From the IMG/VR virus record IMGVR_UViG_3300027819_000006: 64,000 nucleotides of DNA; one strand, given 5' to 3'. This document shows positions 45,720 to 56,677 of the stretch, in pieces (within the stretch, counting starts at the first letter, position 1; every line of letters starts with the position of its first letter). The translations under genes and the position numbers were made by a program. The notes beneath the pieces were generated by a model. It had not been told where the DNA came from and did no database searches. It was given only the letters and a program-made list of their open reading frames with translations. The DNA comes from a virus (Duplodnaviria; Caudoviricetes).

Positions 45720-48037
45720 TTGTTTCCGTTTAAAAGATTATCTATGTTCATTATTGAAAAATCAGCTTGATCTTGGGTATATTTCCATGTTTTGAATCCC
45801 AACATTATTTCATTCTTATCATTTTTGTAAAATCTTATTAAATACAATCCATTCAATATCAAATTTTTTATGAATGAATACAATCCTGTAAATATTGGAA
45901 ATGACAATTTTGTATTATTCATATCACTTACTTGAATAAATGCCATATCATTTTTGTTTTTATCTTTCATTTCTCTTTTACTATCTATTTTTACCACTAC
46001 ATATGCTTCCTCATCTTTTGAATTTTGAAATTCTTCAAATTCACATATATTTAAATCTTTAAAAAATGAACATGATGTTTTATGTATTTCATAAAATTCT
46101 ACAATTTTTTTGGCTTGTTTCATCACTTTTACTTCACTTTGTTTGTTTATGAATAAAACATTGCCATACAATTCTTCCTCAAAAATTGATAGTTCATCAT
46201 TAGTGAATTCTTTTACAGCTAAATTATCAGCATCTTTTTCAAATCTATCATGATTTGAAATATATCTTTTTTTTCTTTTTTCATTGTTTTCTGAATAAGA
46301 TGAACCATATAACTCTAATTCATGTATTAATTTATTTCTATTTTCAGTCCCATGTAAAGAATCAAATGCACCAAGTTTAATCAAATTTATGATATTTTTA
46401 TTACCACATTTTAAATTTCTATACAAAAAGTCTCTGAAAGATTTATAATTACCATTTTTTTCTCTATCTTCTATGATAACTGTAGGAGATTTTTCTCCCA
46501 TGCCCTTTATTTTGCTAAATGGTAATCTTATAGAATTTTGTTCAATACTAAATTCTAAAAATGAATTGTTTGTATCCGGTTGTAATATATTAATTTTAGT
46601 ATTTCTTATTTCTTTTACAGCTGTAACAAAATCCTCTTTACCACTATATGATAATGTAGCTGTATAAAATTCAAGCGGATAATGTGTAGCAAGATATGCT
46701 GTTTGATATGAAATCATGGAATAGCTAAAAGAGTGGGCCCGATTGAAAGAGTACCCTGCATGATTCATTATTTTTTTCCACAAATCTTCTGCAACTTCCT
46801 TTTTACATCCATTAACAATTGCATTGCTTACAAATTTATTTTCAAACTCTTTCCATTCTTTGTGAACTTTTTCCATGTCTAAAGACTTGCTTCTTTTAAC
46901 AACAGATTTTCTAAATGCATTTATTTCTGGCCAGGTAAATCCGCCCAATTCTTTACATAAAATCATAAAATCATCTTGAAAACATACAATAGAATATGTT
47001 TCTTTTAAAACTTTTTCTATAATTGGATGTTCATATGCAATCAACTCAGGACTATGTTTTCCTTTTGCATATTCATCCAGCATTCCAGATCTTAATGGAC
47101 CAGGTCTATATAATGCAGCTATAACAGCAATGTCTACAAAACAATCAGGTATTATTTTTTTTGCTAATTTTCTAATACCATTCTCTGTAAATTGAAATAT
47201 GCCACAAAAATTTCCATCTTGAAAAACATGTTTAAAAACTTGTTGATCTTTTATGTCTATATTATTTGGATGAAATCTTTTTACTATTTCTTTGTAGTCA
47301 ATACATTCTTTTTTTGATATTAATCTATATGTATGGTCCAAAACTCTTAATGTACTTAATCCCAACACATCAAATTTTAAAAATCCAAATTCAGACAATG
47401 TTTTAGATGCTACACCTTCAGTATAAGCAGTTTGCATCACTCTTTTACCATCATCTCCAGCAGTAGATTGTAATGGCATTTTTTTATATAAATCATCAGC
47501 AATACATATACCAGCAGCATGTTTACCCAATGATCTATTTTTACCAAACAACACTTTAAATGTTTCTTCAATACCATCAGCAGATTTAACAAAATTAACA
47601 AATGTTGGTGAATATTCTGACAATTCATCAAATCCTATTTTAATCGTAGATTTGTCTTGATCGTTGTTGTCATGATATATTTCAGATAATTCTATAGAAA
47701 TATTTTTTGTAATTTTATTCATTTCTTCAAATGAACGTCCATATATTCTACCAATATCTTTTACTAAGTTTCTATAAGAAAATGTACCATATAAACTTAC
47801 TTGAGCAACATTATCTTCATGATATCTTTGTTTTAGATATGTTTTTATTCTATCTGGATATTCCCAATCCATGTCGATATCTGGAAGTTCTGAATTGTGT
47901 GAAATTATATATGTATTTCCGAGTTGAGATATTTGATATGAATGGACATTTTCAATTTCTAAATCATATACAATTCCATCATAATCTATTTCTTCTATAG
48001 ATGAAACTTTATGAAAATTTACATTTTCAATATCCAA
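45716..48037 (-). CDS. dnaE: DNA polymerase III alpha, C-terminal part, with N-terminal split-intein C-fragment
   Basis: VYDLEIE...ISHN then SELPDIDMD, GKHAAG, KFDVLGL, FQF, ALYRPGP, YSFNRAHS. Confidence 0.95.
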   Translation of the reverse strand: MDIENVNFHKVSSIEEIDYDGIVYDLEIENVHSYQISQLGNTYIISHNSELPDIDMDWEYPDRIKTYLKQRYHEDNVAQVSLYGTFSYRNLVKDIGRIYGRSFEEMNKITKNISIELSEIYHDNNDQDKSTIKIGFDELSEYSPTFVNFVKSADGIEETFKVLFGKNRSLGKHAAGICIADDLYKKMPLQSTAGDDGKRVMQTAYTEGVASKTLSEFGFLKFDVLGLSTLRVLDHTYRLISKKECIDYKEIVKRFHPNNIDIKDQQVFKHVFQDGNFCGIFQFTENGIRKLAKKIIPDCFVDIAVIAALYRPGPLRSGMLDEYAKGKHSPELIAYEHPIIEKVLKETYSIVCFQDDFMILCKELGGFTWPEINAFRKSVVKRSKSLDMEKVHKEWKEFENKFVSNAIVNGCKKEVAEDLWKKIMNHAGYSFNRAHSFSYSMISYQTAYLATHYPLEFYTATLSYSGKEDFVTAVKEIRNTKINILQPDTNNSFLEFSIEQNSIRLPFSKIKGMGEKSPTVIIEDREKNGNYKSFRDFLYRNLKCGNKNIINLIKLGAFDSLHGTENRNKLIHELELYGSSYSENNEKRKKRYISNHDRFEKDADNLAVKEFTNDELSIFEEELYGNVLFINKQSEVKVMKQAKKIVEFYEIHKTSCSFFKDLNICEFEEFQNSKDEEAYVVVKIDSKREMKDKNKNDMAFIQVSDMNNTKLSFPIFTGLYSFIKNLILNGLYLIRFYKNDKNEIMLGFKTWKYTQDQADFSIMNIDNLLNGNK
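47894..48037 (-). other. Split intein C-fragment (48 aa)
   Basis: Block F VYDLEI, block G SHN, +1 Ser. Confidence 0.92.
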
Positions 48038-49138
48038 TTTTCACCTTCTTTGATGTAGACATTATCATTTAAATTTTTCATATGCCATTTATGTTTGTTG
48101 GCACACAAACTATTGCAATATGTTTTTTTCTTAGAATTTTTCGTAACTTTACCAATAAGAAAATATTCATTACATCCAATACATCTTTTATAATATTGTT
48201 TTTCTAAATATTTTATTGAATCTTCATATTTTAATTCTAAATTTGATATTACATTTATTAACTTGGAATTTACAAGTAATTTATAAAAATCATTTTGATA
48301 TATAACTTTCAAATTTTTTATAAAATTATTTTGTATATATTGATATTTTTTTTCTATTTCTTCTGTTTTAAAGCCCTTCAGTTCTATATATTCATCTTCA
48401 TCTATTATATAAAAATCAGGAGTATATGATTTGAATCCAATATCAAAAGTTTTAGGATGAAAAACGTAATTTTTATTAATATAAATAAGATATCTTATAA
48501 AATTTGCTTCAAAACTTGAGTGACACAATTCATTAATATCATCTCTATAACCAATAAATCCTCTTGAATATATTTTTATTTGTCCATTTGATTGAGCTAA
48601 AAATTGACATTTTCTAGAACAAAATCTTTTTTTTGCAGATGTTTTTTTTATCTATCCTTATATTAAATTATTACAAGATATATATTCACATTTTTTTTCT
48701 ATAGTACTTTGTTGTATTTTATTATTTTTGAATGTTTTTTTACACTCTGTGGAACAAAATTTTTCAGCAGCCATGACTCTTTTATTCAGCTTAGATATAT
48801 AATAAGTTATCCCACAATTTTTACAAATTACTTCTAATTTATTATATTCAAATTTTAATTTGTTCAAGATAGTTGTATTTATATCTACAAATGTTTGAAC
48901 AGCATTTAACATAAATATCATTTTTGTATATTATAAATTTATTTTTGCAAACTATACATTCCTTTTCTATTAATATTGCATTTTGTAAATTGATATCTAT
49001 TAAACTTGTATTTCTATAATTTTTAGTACATTCTATTGAACAACAATTAACATTACCAATTGTATCAAATAAACTTTTACAATTTAAGCATTTTTTCTGC
49101 ATTTTTTCACCTGTTTGAAAGATTATATAATATATCAT
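48019..49138 (-). pseudogene. Zn-ribbon-repeat PD-(D/E)xK endonuclease between the dnaE halves, broken into three ORFs
   Basis: CxxC..CSxxC repeats; SSFEANF, YTPDFY, IELKG; disruptions near 48850 and 48650. Confidence 0.7.
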
Positions 49139-49166
49139 TCAAAGCAAAAAAATACAAAAAAAATAT

Positions 49167-49445
49167 TTATTTTTTTACCTCAACTAGATAATCGTTTAAT
49201 GTGATATCACATGCTAATTTGTATTCAATTTTATCTTTATTATATACTAATAATCTATGATTCTTTGTACATATTATAAAATCATCATGATATTTTATCT
49301 TCAAAAGCTTTTCTTTCTTGTTGTATTTAAAAACATTTTTTACTATATCTTCACTATTTATATTTTTTACAATGTCATTCTTAATTACTTTATTAATTTG
49401 TTTTACAGAATCATTCATCATTATTTTTGTAGTTGGTACCAAACA
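49167..49445 (-). other. Split intein N-fragment (92 aa)
   Basis: Block A CLVPTTKI, block B ICTKNHRL, then stop. Confidence 0.92.
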
Positions 49446-50774
49446 TCTACCTGGACTTAGAAATCGTTCAAACATAATATCATATTTAATAGGATCCAAA
49501 GCTATTATATCTAACAAATGAAGCAATAAAGATCCCCCACCTGATCCTCTTCCGGGTCCTGCTAATTGATTCTGTAAACCATATTTATAAATATCATAGA
49601 TTATATAAAAATATGTTCCCAAATTTCTTTCTTGTATTGTACTTATTTCAGTCTTTAATCTATCTACATATACTTTGTTTACATGTAAATTTCTATCTTT
49701 CAAATTTTTTATAGCAACTTTAGTCAAAATTTGCATACATTCTTCTTCAGACAACTCAATATTGTTTTCATCATATACAACAGGTATTTTTAAAGATCTG
49801 TCTAAATGTATTGTGTCTATGATAGTAGATAGTTGGAATGAGTTATCTATGGCTTCTTCTACATTTATCTTGTTTATATCTTTTGAAAATATACTAGCAG
49901 AAGATAGTATTTCTTCTGCACTCTTCAAATAAAGATTTTCACATTTAAATTCATCATTAACAAGTGTTTCATTATCTAATTTTGTTTTTTCTAGTTCTTC
50001 ATCTGTCATATTCATCATTTTATTACCCTCAAGCATCTTAAGTATATCATAAATTTTATGATGCTCTTGTTTAATATAATGAGAATCTGTAGTAACTATA
50101 TAAGGTATTTTTAAAAATTTATTTATTTTCAACAATATCTTGTTGTATGTATCTTGCCATGGTATTTCATTAAATTGTAATTCTAAAAAGTACCTATCTC
50201 CAAATACACTTTTCCACCATTCTACTTCTTTCACAACATTATTTATATTTATATTTTTGCCATCTGTAGAAGCAATTCTACTAATTGGTCCTGCAATACA
50301 AGAGCTTGTAGTTATTATACCTTCATTGTATTTTTCTAGTAATTTTTTGTCTATTCTTGGTTTTCTATAAAATCCATATTTATGTGATAAAAAATTGAGT
50401 TGAAATATATTTTCCAACCCAACATTATTTTGTGCCAATAATACTACATGTGCATAACTATTTACCTTTTTTCTTCTACCTTTTAATTCTTCTTTGCTTA
50501 AAGTTTCTTTTAATTCATCTAATTCTTTTCTATCATTTGCATTTTTTTCCAAATCATTTACTAAATATGCTTCAATACCAAAAATGTGTTTAGTTACAAA
50601 ATTGTTCTTTTCTGCAGCTGTATAAAAATCAGCTATACCATTAAGATTACCATGATCTGTTAGTGCAATTGCATCTATATTTTTATCAATAGCAGTTTTT
50701 ATAATTTCTGCAGGTTTTGCAAGTCCGTCCTGAATACTTGCATCTGAATGATTGTGAATAGATGCATATTTCAT
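49167..50774 (-). CDS. dnaE: DNA polymerase III alpha, N-terminal (PHP) part, ending in split-intein N-fragment
   Basis: IHNHSD, LTDHG, TTDSHY, GRGSGGGS, FERFLSPGR then CLVPTT...CTKNH. Confidence 0.95.
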   Translation of the reverse strand: MKYASIHNHSDASIQDGLAKPAEIIKTAIDKNIDAIALTDHGNLNGIADFYTAAEKNNFVTKHIFGIEAYLVNDLEKNANDRKELDELKETLSKEELKGRRKKVNSYAHVVLLAQNNVGLENIFQLNFLSHKYGFYRKPRIDKKLLEKYNEGIITTSSCIAGPISRIASTDGKNININNVVKEVEWWKSVFGDRYFLELQFNEIPWQDTYNKILLKINKFLKIPYIVTTDSHYIKQEHHKIYDILKMLEGNKMMNMTDEELEKTKLDNETLVNDEFKCENLYLKSAEEILSSASIFSKDINKINVEEAIDNSFQLSTIIDTIHLDRSLKIPVVYDENNIELSEEECMQILTKVAIKNLKDRNLHVNKVYVDRLKTEISTIQERNLGTYFYIIYDIYKYGLQNQLAGPGRGSGGGSLLLHLLDIIALDPIKYDIMFERFLSPGRCLVPTTKIMMNDSVKQINKVIKNDIVKNINSEDIVKNVFKYNKKEKLLKIKYHDDFIICTKNHRLLVYNKDKIEYKLACDITLNDYLVEVKK

Positions 50775-50786
50775 GATAAACCTTTC

Positions 50787-51152
50787 TTAATATTTTTCAT
50801 CAACTCTCTTGTTATTTTTATCATTTTTACTTATATACAAATTAGTAATTTTATCTGCATCAATATTAGACAATATTAACAATTCTAAAAATAGATGTAG
50901 TGCATCAACTAATTCTTCTTCATATTCTTCTCTATTAAAATCTTTTATTTCAGATACTCTATTTGGTCTATTTTTTAAATGATATATTGCTTCAAATAAT
51001 TCTTGTGTAATATGAAAAACACATTCTCTTACAGTCTTTACATCATTTTTTACAGATAAATCTAGTGGAAATTGTGGAAGAAATCCAAGATTTACATATC
51101 TTTTCATTAATTTTGTTTGTAGATTAAACAACATGTCTAATTTGTCACTCAT
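50787..51152 (-). CDS. MazG/dimeric dUTPase-dCTPase-like nucleotide pyrophosphatase
   Basis: QELFEA, EEELVDALHLFL, N..R.. Confidence 0.8.
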   Translation of the reverse strand: MSDKLDMLFNLQTKLMKRYVNLGFLPQFPLDLSVKNDVKTVRECVFHITQELFEAIYHLKNRPNRVSEIKDFNREEYEEELVDALHLFLELLILSNIDADKITNLYISKNDKNNKRVDEKY

Positions 51153-51155
51153 CTA

Positions 51156-51647
51156 TCATATCTCCAGTTTAACTGTTTCAACATTATATTGTTTTAAAAA
51201 ATCTAACCCCTCTGTTAAACGGTATTCTTCTAAATATTTAAATATTTTAATTCCAGATGCTACCAATAATCTTGCACACGATATACAGGGAGTCATAGTA
51301 CAATAAATTGTTGAACCAAAAACAGAAACTCCTTGCATGTTAGAATATGATATTGCATTTTGTTCAGCATGTATTGCACGTAAACAACTATTTTGACTAT
51401 CTTTACCACATATGCTTTCACCATTCTCTAATTCTATACAATTTATATCACCAGAAACAGGACCATTTATTCCTAAAGATATAATCCTATTGTTTTTTAC
51501 TATCAAAGCAGCCTGTTTAGTTTTTGCACAACTAGATCTATAGGATACTATTTTAACTATAGATGAAAATATGTCATCCCATGATGCTCTAGATTTTTCA
51601 TATTTTTTATCTAGTTGTTCAAATAAAAATTTGTTATCAAATAACAT
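51156..51647 (-). CDS. dCMP deaminase
   Basis: IHAEQNAI, PCISCA. Confidence 0.92.
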   Translation of the reverse strand: MLFDNKFLFEQLDKKYEKSRASWDDIFSSIVKIVSYRSSCAKTKQAALIVKNNRIISLGINGPVSGDINCIELENGESICGKDSQNSCLRAIHAEQNAISYSNMQGVSVFGSTIYCTMTPCISCARLLVASGIKIFKYLEEYRLTEGLDFLKQYNVETVKLEI

Positions 51648-51649
51648 TG

Positions 51650-52072
51650 TTACTCTTGAAATATAGTTTTTGTGTTTTCATCATATACTACTTTACCAGT
51701 TTTCATATTAATTATTTGATTTTCTTTAGTGATATATTTTAATAATTGCCCATTAGAGCAATGTCTAAAAATTTCATGTATAGTTTTATATTTTTTAGCC
51801 AAAGTCTGTATAGTTCCTTCAAACTGAAGACCTGCACTGCTATAGTTAGCTTTCTTGTTGTGAGCTTCCTTTTCAAATAAATTAATGATTCTTTCTGAAC
51901 TCAATTGCTTACTTCTCCACTTATCATGATTTGTAGGATCTGTTTTTGTTGCTCTATTATGTAATTCTCTATCTATTCCGCTTAAAGAATCTGTCTCGTA
52001 TTTTGTATCGATGCCAGCATAATGTTCAGCTTTCTTAATAACTTCTTTCAACAGATTCCTATTCATTTTCAT
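51650..52072 (-). CDS. Hypothetical protein
   Basis: ORF track. Confidence 0.5.
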   Translation of the reverse strand: MKMNRNLLKEVIKKAEHYAGIDTKYETDSLSGIDRELHNRATKTDPTNHDKWRSKQLSSERIINLFEKEAHNKKANYSSAGLQFEGTIQTLAKKYKTIHEIFRHCSNGQLLKYITKENQIINMKTGKVVYDENTKTIFQE

Positions 52073-52079
52073 ATCCTTT

Positions 52080-52625
52080 TCAGATTAAGAATTGTGAAAA
52101 TCTTTTGAATTGAGAATTTATCATTATGTATCTTAAATGCGTACCATCTCTTCTGCTAACTATATATGGAAGTTTTGTAAATGCTACTTTAGGTTCTATG
52201 TAACCTACTTCTATATAATTAAGTTTTCCATCCTCTTTTAATAAAATCGAGAGTGCGTATAAACTGGTGTCTTTAAAATAGTCCTTTTCGCTACCAATAA
52301 AAATTCTAATTTTGTTTTCTTCTATCAGTGGGCATTTTAAATCAATATTCTTTCCATTTTCATCTATAAAATCAATACCATTTCTGTCGAATTCACTGCC
52401 TCTTTCTGGCTGTATGATATCACCATTTCTTTTCTTCTTGTACATGACTTCGCCTAAAATTCCTACAGCAAAACTCTCTGTGTTAACTCTATCAGGATAT
52501 TTTGTCTTAACTACTTTTGAAGCCTCATCTATATCTTTTTTTGTTACTCTCAATCTTTTGCTACTTAATATGATCTCGTGCAATTTGCTGCTCAAAAGTG
52601 TTCTCCAAATGTTATAGTTTTTCAA
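52080..52625 (-). CDS. Hypothetical protein, possible PD-(D/E)xK nuclease
   Basis: GILGE, GIDF, IDLK. Confidence 0.45.
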   Translation of the reverse strand: MKNYNIWRTLLSSKLHEIILSSKRLRVTKKDIDEASKVVKTKYPDRVNTESFAVGILGEVMYKKKRNGDIIQPERGSEFDRNGIDFIDENGKNIDLKCPLIEENKIRIFIGSEKDYFKDTSLYALSILLKEDGKLNYIEVGYIEPKVAFTKLPYIVSRRDGTHLRYIMINSQFKRFSQFLI

Positions 52626-53360
52626 ACATCATCACATATTCATGTTTGAAAAGTAAAGTTCCCCAAGCTAAAGACCTGTATGTTCTTAACGGTTCATTTT
52701 TACTATTTTGTGTTTCTCCAAAATCTTTCACAGCTACAAACGTACATTTATATCCATTATTCTCTATTATATCTGCTAGTTTACTTGATAATCTATACCA
52801 AGAAGACTTGTAATAAACATCGCCGATAACTAAACATATTAAAGATTCTGCATCTGTAAAAATGTTTATATTTTGTATAACAGAAGAAAATTTAACTAAA
52901 AAATCTTCAACAGAATAATTACTTAAATCTAATTCATCTTCAGAAAATTTTATAATATTTGTATATGGAGGATGTAACATCACTAAAGATGGTTTTATAA
53001 TATTTTTTCATGCATCATTTTTACTTCAGCTATATTAGATATGTCACATTTAATTATAGAGTCTCGAGTTGGATTCAAATCTGAAGATATGCATTTTCTG
53101 TTTAGTTTTTTACAAACATCTATAGTTGTTCCAGATCCAGCAAATGGATCAAATACTGTATCTCCTTCTTTTGTAAATCTTATCACTGCTTGCTTAACTA
53201 TGTCGGGATGGAAATTACCATGAAATTTATTATCTCCACAATTGTCTCTATCTACAAATTTTCCAATCCATATAGATGAAATCCAGATAATATTATCTTT
53301 AATTTGTTTCCAATTATTTTTAATATCAGCAGAAGTTTTCTTATGATATTTTGTTAACAT
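52612..53360 (-). CDS. N4/N6 DNA methyltransferase, one gene split by a frameshift near 52990
   Basis: VFDPFAGSGTT in the first ORF and HPPY in the second; one extra A in an A6 run joins them. Confidence 0.82.
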
Positions 53361-53367
53361 TTTTTAT

Positions 53368-53799
53368 TTATTCTAACCCTAGTTCATGTCTTGTTTTAAT
53401 CAGATCAATCCTTTTCAGCTTATTTTCTTCTGACAAATCTTCATATCTACTCTCATTAATGTCAAAATTCTTAACATCAAAAAGTGTTCTGCTGTCATTC
53501 ATGCATACTATTAGATACTCATCGTTATCAGTTTTGTAGTGCAGACAAAGACCTCCTATTCCATTCTCATCATGCGATGGAAATATTTTTTTAAAACAAG
53601 AAAATTCTATTTTTTCCATTAATACTAAACAATTGCTTATAGCAATTCTATTTGGATGTTCAAAATCGCCATCCCAAGTTTCTTTAAAGTTATTGTATAG
53701 AGCTTCTACTCTTTCTTCATGAGATAAATCATCAGTATTCAGTGTGAGATTGTCTTTGTTTATCACTTTATTCTCTCTATGAACATTTTGAATAGCCAC
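53368..53799 (-). CDS. Hypothetical protein
   Basis: ORF track. Confidence 0.45.
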   Translation of the reverse strand: MAIQNVHRENKVINKDNLTLNTDDLSHEERVEALYNNFKETWDGDFEHPNRIAISNCLVLMEKIEFSCFKKIFPSHDENGIGGLCLHYKTDNDEYLIVCMNDSRTLFDVKNFDINESRYEDLSEENKLKRIDLIKTRHELGLE

Positions 53800-56677
53800 A
53801 TGATATGCACACGCTGCAGCCGTTCTCCAATTTTAAACTTTTAGTATAACATTTAGGACAATCTAAATAGTTTAAAATTATTGTGGTTTTTTCATCAAGT
53901 TTAGCTAAATAATTTTTTATATTTTTCTTCTCTTCTTCATCTGTTATTTCTTCTGAAGAATAGCATGTAAGATTTTTATTTGAAATATCTGATTTTATAG
54001 CATCTATATCTTTTTCAGTCAAATTGTTTACTTTTTTTCTACTAACAAACATGTCTAATGCTACACTGATTGCTTTTGAAACAGAGTTCATATAATGTCT
54101 ATTATCATTACAATCATACCACCATACTCCCTGATTAGGAGATTCTATCTTCTTCAGATGGTTTATGATAAAAGTCATGTCTTCTGTTCGTCTCATTAGA
54201 GCAGATAGCAATATAGAGATAGTCTTTACATCTGTGTCATCTTTGCCATGAGAATTTACAAATATTTCAAATGGTCTGTTAGGATTGTCAGTAAAAGAAT
54301 TGATTGTTATGTATAAGTTTCTGTCAGGATCACATGGGATTTTGTAAGTTTCTCCTTTCAGAACTCTATCTCTTTTCTTTTTCTTTTCAGGTTTTGTAAC
54401 AACTTTTTTCTCAGTATCCAACAAATTCCAAAACTCTTTGTTCACAGCTTGCTGTATATCTGTATCTAATGGTTTACTATTTTCTATCAAATTTTCTGCA
54501 ACTTTATTCATTTCTTCTAACATCTTTGATTCTATGCCTGAAAGTATTTCATCTGAAGAATTAGCAGCTTCTAAAGTTTGTACTATTTTATCTAATTCTT
54601 CTGTGTTATCTTTCATTATTCTCATTTTTTCATTGAATTCTTTTTCTGTTTTCAACCCTTTGTTTTTGAATTCATCAGATATCAAAACTCCTTCTCTAGA
54701 TCCTTCTCTATATACTGTTATAGATTTTAATCCATCTTTCCAAGCTTGTCTATATATCTGATCTACAATGGCTACTGGAATATCATTTTTTAAGGACACA
54801 GTACTAGATATACTATTATCAATATATCTCTGAACGACTGACTGCAATTTAACTCTATAGAATGGATCTATATCGTGAGATGTTATTACATAATCTGGAA
54901 GTTTTGAATAATCTTCAAATAATTCTTTAATAACTCCAGGATATGTTTTAAACTCTTTGAAAGTTTCGCCATCAGCTTGTCTAACTCTTCTAGCATAAGA
55001 TTTAGCGAACAGAGGTTCGATTCCCGAAGACACTCCGACAGTCATGTTATTTTTTTCTTCACAGCCATTCCTGCAAATTATAGAGCCAGTCCCAACAGGA
55101 GCTACAGTAGTTAAAAATGAATTTCGAATGCCAAATTCTTTTAAAGTAGCTACTATATTAGATTCTATTCCACAATTAGTAGAATGATCTTCTATCCATC
55201 TTTGTACAAATTCAGATTTAGACCATTTTTCAAAATTGAATAATAAGAAAGATTTCTTTTCTTTTGCTAGTTCTACAGAAGTTTCATAAGCTGAATTTCT
55301 AAAAGTTTTCATTACTTCTTCAGTGAATTTTAAAGCTTCTTCAGAATCATATTTTATTTCTAATCTTATCAAACAATCTGCTAACCCTGTTATTCCTAAC
55401 CCTATTCTTCTTTCATTTAAAACAGTTTCTTCTTGCTGAGGTAAAGCATGTTTTCCTTTATTCCAGTCTATTACATTGTCTAAAAATCTTACAGCAATTT
55501 TAACATCTTTAAAGAAAGAATCAAAATTGAATTTATGTTTTTCAATACCAGCTACATTTATGCCAGTTATATAAACATATTTACTTAAATTCATATGTCC
55601 AAGATCACATGCAGAAAATGCACCTAAGAATTGCTCTCCGCATGGATTGACTGATATAGCTGGATTACAATACCATAGAGCATCATTTCTTCTATGATTA
55701 TCAATCAGCAGAATTCCTGGTTCTGCATGCTCATGAGCATTTCTAATCAATTCATCCCAAATATCTCTTGCTTTTACTATTTTAATTATCTTTGGATTAT
55801 CAGAATCTATTGGCCATTTTTGTACAAAATCCGTATCATTTTCAACAGCTTTCATAAATTCATCTGTTATCATCACAGAAATATTAGCATGCTCTACTAA
55901 CTTATACAGATTATTTCTATTTTTTTTATCTTCTTCATTGACATAATCTATTTTGCCCAATATTTTCTTTACATTAATGAATGACAAGATTGATGGATTC
56001 TGGACACTCATCGTGAGCATCAGAGCTCCTCTTCTTAGTTTCTGATGCACTGTATGTGTAGATTCAGACATCAAATTCATAAAAGAGCATGGTCCTGGTG
56101 AGAATCCACCAGAATTTTTAACCGGCATTCCTTCTGGTCTTAATACATCTAGAGAAGTTCCTACACCTCCAGTTGAACGAAAAACAACTGCCGACTCTTT
56201 TAGCCAAGTATAGATACCTTCTAAAGAATCAGCCGGTATTTTGTATTTATTTAATACAGAATCATCAAATGCATTACTATAATCTATTAATTCAAATTTT
56301 TCATCTGTATCTATATACCATCTTTCCCAATCTATTGTTTCTCGAATTGGTATAACATAACAATTCATTGCTGTTACTTTTTCATCTCTTCCAAGAGCAT
56401 AGTTTATTCTACCACCTGGTATAAATTTCCAATCATCTAATAGATTATAGAATTCGTTATACCAGTGTTTCACTCTTGAATCTATAGAATTAGCTGTTTG
56501 TTCTCCATATTCTCTTTCAATATTTGCTGCAGCACTAGCTAGTCTTTTCCACATATCTGAAGGATGATTTTCATTATCCATTAGATATTTATCTATTAGA
56601 ACTTGGCTAGCTAATTCATCTCCATTGTAGTAGTCTAAAATCTTATTATATCTATCTTGTTTTTGCTCTTCAGTCAT
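53777..56677 (-). CDS. nrdJ: Class II (B12-dependent) ribonucleotide reductase
   Basis: PGGRI, NCYV, NPCGE, TVAPVGT, SSGIEP, YREGSR, C-terminal CPKC...C..CG. Confidence 0.95.
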   Translation of the reverse strand: MTEEQKQDRYNKILDYYNGDELASQVLIDKYLMDNENHPSDMWKRLASAAANIEREYGEQTANSIDSRVKHWYNEFYNLLDDWKFIPGGRINYALGRDEKVTAMNCYVIPIRETIDWERWYIDTDEKFELIDYSNAFDDSVLNKYKIPADSLEGIYTWLKESAVVFRSTGGVGTSLDVLRPEGMPVKNSGGFSPGPCSFMNLMSESTHTVHQKLRRGALMLTMSVQNPSILSFINVKKILGKIDYVNEEDKKNRNNLYKLVEHANISVMITDEFMKAVENDTDFVQKWPIDSDNPKIIKIVKARDIWDELIRNAHEHAEPGILLIDNHRRNDALWYCNPAISVNPCGEQFLGAFSACDLGHMNLSKYVYITGINVAGIEKHKFNFDSFFKDVKIAVRFLDNVIDWNKGKHALPQQEETVLNERRIGLGITGLADCLIRLEIKYDSEEALKFTEEVMKTFRNSAYETSVELAKEKKSFLLFNFEKWSKSEFVQRWIEDHSTNCGIESNIVATLKEFGIRNSFLTTVAPVGTGSIICRNGCEEKNNMTVGVSSGIEPLFAKSYARRVRQADGETFKEFKTYPGVIKELFEDYSKLPDYVITSHDIDPFYRVKLQSVVQRYIDNSISSTVSLKNDIPVAIVDQIYRQAWKDGLKSITVYREGSREGVLISDEFKNKGLKTEKEFNEKMRIMKDNTEELDKIVQTLEAANSSDEILSGIESKMLEEMNKVAENLIENSKPLDTDIQQAVNKEFWNLLDTEKKVVTKPEKKKKRDRVLKGETYKIPCDPDRNLYITINSFTDNPNRPFEIFVNSHGKDDTDVKTISILLSALMRRTEDMTFIINHLKKIESPNQGVWWYDCNDNRHYMNSVSKAISVALDMFVSRKKVNNLTEKDIDAIKSDISNKNLTCYSSEEITDEEEKKNIKNYLAKLDEKTTIILNYLDCPKCYTKSLKLENGCSVCISCGYSKCS

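Noticed and set aside
53777-56677. Intein or intron in the RNR (and in terminase)
   Set aside because: No C...HN-(C/S/T) blocks or P7 motifs seen; the C-terminal extension reads as linker plus accessory and Zn-ribbon domains.
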